From NCBI GenBank assembly GCA_963793865.1, contig CAWCBP010000001.1, positions 1,088,001-1,152,000 on the forward strand: a stretch of DNA of 64,000 bases, read 5' to 3'. The translations under genes were made by a program, and so were the position numbers. The notes beneath the pieces are model-generated. The model did no database searches, was not told the DNA's origin, and saw nothing but the letters and a program-made list of their open reading frames with translations. The stretch comes from an uncultured delta proteobacterium (GTDB lineage Bacteria > Desulfobacterota > WTBG01). Below are positions 60,296 through 64,000 of this stretch, one piece after another. The stretch's first letter is position 1, and every line of letters starts with the position of its first letter.

Positions 60296-61387
60296 ATGCA
60301 AGGCAAAAAAGATCAGCGGCAACCGGGGCAGTTAATGGCTGCGGGGACGGAAGGGAAGACGGATCTCAAGAACTATACCCTGCCGGAACTCGAGGAGTGG
60401 ATTGTTTCCCTGGGTGAGAAGCCCTACCGCGCTCGCCAGATCATGCGGTGGATGTATGAAGAGCGCGCCGCTTCCTTTGAAGTGATGACTGATCTTCCCC
60501 GGACACTGCGGGACCGGCTTTCCGACGCCGCCTACCTCAGCCATTTCTCGGTTAAAACGGTCTCACGCTCGGCCGACGGCACCGACAAATTTCTGTTCCT
60601 GATGGAAGACGGCAACTGTATTGAGACCGTTCTAATACCTGAAAAGCGCCATCACACCATCTGCGTGTCAACCCAGTTAGGGTGCGCCATGGGCTGCGCT
60701 TTCTGCCTGTCGGGAAAAAAGGGGTTGCTGCGCAATCTTTCTGTTGCGGAAATCCTCAATCAGATATTGATTATTCAGAAAGATTACCTTCCTCAAGCGC
60801 CGGTGATTAATCTGGTTTTTATGGGCATGGGAGAGCCCCTCGCCAATTACGACTGCCTTCTCAAGGCGTTGCGCATCCTGACCGATCCTGCCGGAGGTAA
60901 CATTTCCCACCGCCGGATTACCGTTTCCACGGCAGGGCTGGTTCCCCAGCTGGAACGGCTGAGCCGTGATCTTCCCGTCAACCTGGCCATTTCACTCAAC
61001 GCGGCAAGCGACGCTCTTCGTACCAGGCTCATGCCGGTTAACAAGACCTATCCCCTCTCCGAACTGGTGGCCGCGGCATCCGGGCTTCCGCTCCCTGCAC
61101 GAAAACGAATTACCTTTGAATACATCTTAATGAAAGGCATTAACGACTCGCTCGACGACGCGCGGCATCTTGCCTCGCTTCTAAAGCGCGTTCCGTGCAA
61201 GATCAATCTGATCCCTTTTAATGAACATGAGGGGGCCTCGTTCAGAAGACCGCACGATGTTGCCATAGAACAATTCCAGCGACACCTCATCGCAAAAAAC
61301 TTCACCGTCATGCTGAGGCGCAGCAAAGGCAGGGACGTGGCAGCCGCCTGCGGCCAGCTGGGTTTTACGCACCTGCAAAACGACTGA
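60296..61387 (+). CDS. rlmN: 23S rRNA/tRNA m2A methyltransferase RlmN
   Basis: CAMGCAFC, MGMGEP, SLNA, AACGQL; start may be 60335. Confidence 0.95.
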   Translation: MQGKKDQRQPGQLMAAGTEGKTDLKNYTLPELEEWIVSLGEKPYRARQIMRWMYEERAASFEVMTDLPRTLRDRLSDAAYLSHFSVKTVSRSADGTDKFLFLMEDGNCIETVLIPEKRHHTICVSTQLGCAMGCAFCLSGKKGLLRNLSVAEILNQILIIQKDYLPQAPVINLVFMGMGEPLANYDCLLKALRILTDPAGGNISHRRITVSTAGLVPQLERLSRDLPVNLAISLNAASDALRTRLMPVNKTYPLSELVAAASGLPLPARKRITFEYILMKGINDSLDDARHLASLLKRVPCKINLIPFNEHEGASFRRPHDVAIEQFQRHLIAKNFTVMLRRSKGRDVAAACGQLGFTHLQND

Positions 61388-61411
61388 GAAATCTTATTCT
61401 CTTTTCCTAAT

Positions 61412-61568
61412 AAACCCCCATGCCCCTTTGCTGCACCACGAAGTATGAAAATTGGTTCCAGTACTTTGTTTCCCCCTCACCTCAATCCTCTCCCCCAGGG
61501 GAGAGGAGGTTAAAAAAGTTCCCTCTACCCTTTGGGGAGAGGGTTAGGGTGAGGGGGCATGCTCAATC
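61412..61568. repeat. BoxC-like miniature inverted-repeat element, copy 2
   Basis: CATGCCCC/GGGGCATG ends; CCCCCTCACCTCAATCCTCTCCCC...GGGGAGAGGGTTAGGGTGAGGGGG. Confidence 0.8.
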
Positions 61569-61601
61569 TTCTTTTGAATCACAAGCAGGGATGGTTACGG
61601 T

Positions 61602-62534
61602 CTAACGGTAATCGGAGGGATGAAAGGCATCGGGCGGCGGATCGTATGGTTCCTCGGCACCCGCCTGCCTGCGCGCCTCCCGCACTTCCTCAATGGAAAG
61701 TTTGCGCGGAATGACCAGCCGCTGGCCGACGAAGAGAATCCGGGGATCACGTATCTGGTCCCTGTTCGCCTTGTAGATGATAGGCCATTGATATAAATCA
61801 TTATAGATTTCTTTTCGGGCAGCGATAATTTGCAGCTTATCGCCGTTTTTGACGGTGTAGGACGAAGGATACCTTTTTTCCAGGGCACGGGCGGTAATGG
61901 CGTCCGCCTCCCTCTTGGCGTCGGCTATTATATTCGCGGCCTCGAGCTGGGCATTCTCCAGCAGTCTTTGCGCCTGACGTGATATCTTTTCCATCTCAGC
62001 CGGGTTGGCCCCGGTTTTCTGTTCCTGCTGCTTCTTCTCTTCCATCAGCCTGGGCAGTTCCTGCGACAGTTGAAGCGAGAGCTCCGCGTTTTCCCGGGCC
62101 AGCGCGTAGTTCTGGGACTTAAAGTCGGACTGAGCCTGATCCAGCGATTTTTCAGCTATGGCGCAGACATCGGTAATGTATTTTTTTAATTGCCCGAGGT
62201 CTGATCCATACAGCTGGTCCTGAGCCTGCTTAATAGCCCTGGCCGCCTTTGCCTTGTTCAGGGCGGCATCGGCATCCCGCTTCGCGCTGTCGAGCAGCGC
62301 CTGCGCCTTCTTATAGCGATGCCTGTCCCTTTCCATTTTGCTCAGGTGGAGGCTCTCCTGGGCACGGGCATATTCATCCGGCGCGTAAACGGGGGCCTCG
62401 GCATCAAGGGCCCCCTGAAGCATGGACTCCGTCTCTTTTATGTCTTCGGGCGGGATGTGGGCGGCACACGCGGCAAACAGCAGCCACACAATGCACGGCA
62501 TTACCGTTCTGCGCCGACTGTTAGCGACTTTCAT
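61602..62534 (-). CDS. LysM peptidoglycan-binding lipoprotein with DUF4398-like helical region
   Basis: LFAAC lipobox-like, APVYAPDEY, YTVKNGD...WPIIYKANRDQIRDP...GQRLVIP; start uncertain. Confidence 0.85.
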   Translation of the reverse strand: MKVANSRRRTVMPCIVWLLFAACAAHIPPEDIKETESMLQGALDAEAPVYAPDEYARAQESLHLSKMERDRHRYKKAQALLDSAKRDADAALNKAKAARAIKQAQDQLYGSDLGQLKKYITDVCAIAEKSLDQAQSDFKSQNYALARENAELSLQLSQELPRLMEEKKQQEQKTGANPAEMEKISRQAQRLLENAQLEAANIIADAKREADAITARALEKRYPSSYTVKNGDKLQIIAARKEIYNDLYQWPIIYKANRDQIRDPRILFVGQRLVIPRKLSIEEVREARRQAGAEEPYDPPPDAFHPSDYR

Positions 62535-62748
62535 CACCCTTACTCTTCTGTCCCTGCATGATGTTAGCACATTCTTCATACAATGATTATCATGATTACC
62601 CCTTCGGTTGTCAATACAATTGTAGAAAAGCGGCTGATCCTGTCCAGCGGGGTCAATTTGCTTTCCTGCAGGGCTGTGCCGTGATATAGTGCCTGTAAAG
62701 CCGCCGCATGTTCTTTGGATGCACACATTTTAGCCGGAGCAAGGCATC

Positions 62749-63357
62749 GTGGAGCACAATCATCGTCGAGAGAAATTTCCTGTGGCAGGGGTAATCCTGG
62801 CCGGAGGGAAAAATATCAGAATGGGGGTCAACAAGGCCTTTATCAAGGTTGACGGCCGGAGGATTGTTGACAGAACGGCCGCATTGTTCAACGCCATGTT
62901 CCGCCAGGTGATTCTGGTCACCAACACCCCCCTTGAGTACACACTGCTGGACCTTGAAATTGCCGTCGACCTGATACCCGCAAACAGCCCTCTTGTGGGG
63001 ATTTACACGGGTCTTCGCTATTCCTCCCATCCTCACGCCTTTGTTGCCGGCTGTGACATGCCCTTCATCAGCAGGCCGGTGCTTGAGTACATGCTCTCTC
63101 TCTGCTCTCATCACGATGTGATTATTCCGTTGCTGGACGACGGATACCACCCGCTTCATGCCATCTATTCCAACCGCTGCATTAAGCCCGCGGAAGAGCT
63201 TATCCGCTCCGGGAGATTTAAAATTACCGAACTCTTTTCCCGCGTCAGGGTGCGTGAGATAACTGCCGGAGAGCTGAGGCCGCTGGACACGCAACTCCGC
63301 TCATTTCTCAATCTTAACACTCCGGAAGATCTCCGGCAGCTGGCGGAGAAACCGTAA
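62749..63357 (+). CDS. mobA: Molybdenum cofactor guanylyltransferase
   Basis: LAGGKNIRMG..KA, PLVGIYTGL, CDMPF, PLHAIY, NLNTPED. Confidence 0.93.
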   Translation: MEHNHRREKFPVAGVILAGGKNIRMGVNKAFIKVDGRRIVDRTAALFNAMFRQVILVTNTPLEYTLLDLEIAVDLIPANSPLVGIYTGLRYSSHPHAFVAGCDMPFISRPVLEYMLSLCSHHDVIIPLLDDGYHPLHAIYSNRCIKPAEELIRSGRFKITELFSRVRVREITAGELRPLDTQLRSFLNLNTPEDLRQLAEKP

Positions 63358-63465
63358 TCATCCCGCTTTATTGTACCGGGATGATACCTCACTGCGCGTG
63401 GCTGTCTTGACACGCGCCATAAAACAGGATATTTTAGTGCGCGTCCATAAACCGCTGAGGTGCTT

Positions 63466-64000
63466 ATGAAGGTAACCGTTGGGACGATCCGTGATCGAGC
63501 TGGTAGAGGGAGATATTACCCTGCAGAAGGTTGATGCCATCGTCAACGCCGCCAACACCACCCTGCTCGGCGGAGGGGGCGTAGACGGGGCGATTCACCG
63601 TGCCGGCGGTCCCTCCATACTGCAGGAATGCAGAAAGATCGGCGGGTGTGCCACCGGGGATGCAGTCATTACCGGCGGCGGCAATCTGCCGGCCAGGCAT
63701 GTAATCCACACCGTCGGGCCGATATGGCGTGGGGGCTCGCACCGGGAGCCGGCCCTGCTCGCCGGCGCCTATGCAAAATCTCTCTCACTGGCAGCCGCGC
63801 GCAAGCTTACAAGCATCGCCTTTCCCTCCATCAGCACCGGCGCCTATGGATACCCGCTTGACCGGGCAGCCGACATCGCCCTCGCCACTGTCCTTGAACA
63901 CCTCAGGGGCCCCACGACACTGTCAACCGTCCGCTTCGTGCTTTTCAACCGGATGACATGTGAGGCTTACACGCATGCGCTGCGGGAATTGTGCACCGGT
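63466..64000 (+). CDS. Macrodomain O-acetyl-ADP-ribose deacetylase (YmdB-like), truncated by the window edge; apparent +1 frameshift near 63482
   Basis: Manual translation from 63491: VIELVEGDIT..DAIVNAAN..GGGGVDGAIH..HTVGP..FPSISTGAYG. Confidence 0.92.

Overview
Mostly housekeeping chromosome from a GC-rich bacterium whose gene order and protein style suggest Desulfobacterota/Deltaproteobacteria (inference). Contents in order: pyrR-pyrB-pyrC behind a PyrR attenuator, running into a response regulator at the window edge; two convergent Thr-type sulfatase-like lipoproteins; lepB; tRNA-Gly-rimP-nusA-infB-DUF503-rbfA-truB-rpsO-pnp-M16 peptidase; xseA-xseB-dxs-tlyA; comEC; two tRNA-Ser; a Tat-signal Fe-SOD; serS with two +1 frameshifts; a 5-PAS kinase with two NarL regulators; phoH-7TM-HD-ybeY; mazG; methylmalonyl-CoA accessory genes; tmk-holB-ricT-metG-pgsA; a REP-associated tyrosine transposase (RAYT) with a REP array; mutM, def, map, radical SAM, M18 peptidase; yebC-ruvCAB; comEA; rlmN; a LysM protein; mobA; and a truncated macrodomain gene. 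Best leads: (1) -24/-12 sigma-54 promoter motifs in front of both comEC and comEA, with a PilR-like regulator placed under the pyrimidine attenuator, a speculative link between pyrimidine status and DNA uptake; (2) the RAYT locus with in-frame REPs, a phased REP array and a collapsed relic of a second RAYT; (3) several small repeat/MITE families, two of which supply stop codons to host genes. No CRISPR, prophage or rRNA was seen. All calls come from motif recognition by eye; no database searches were run.
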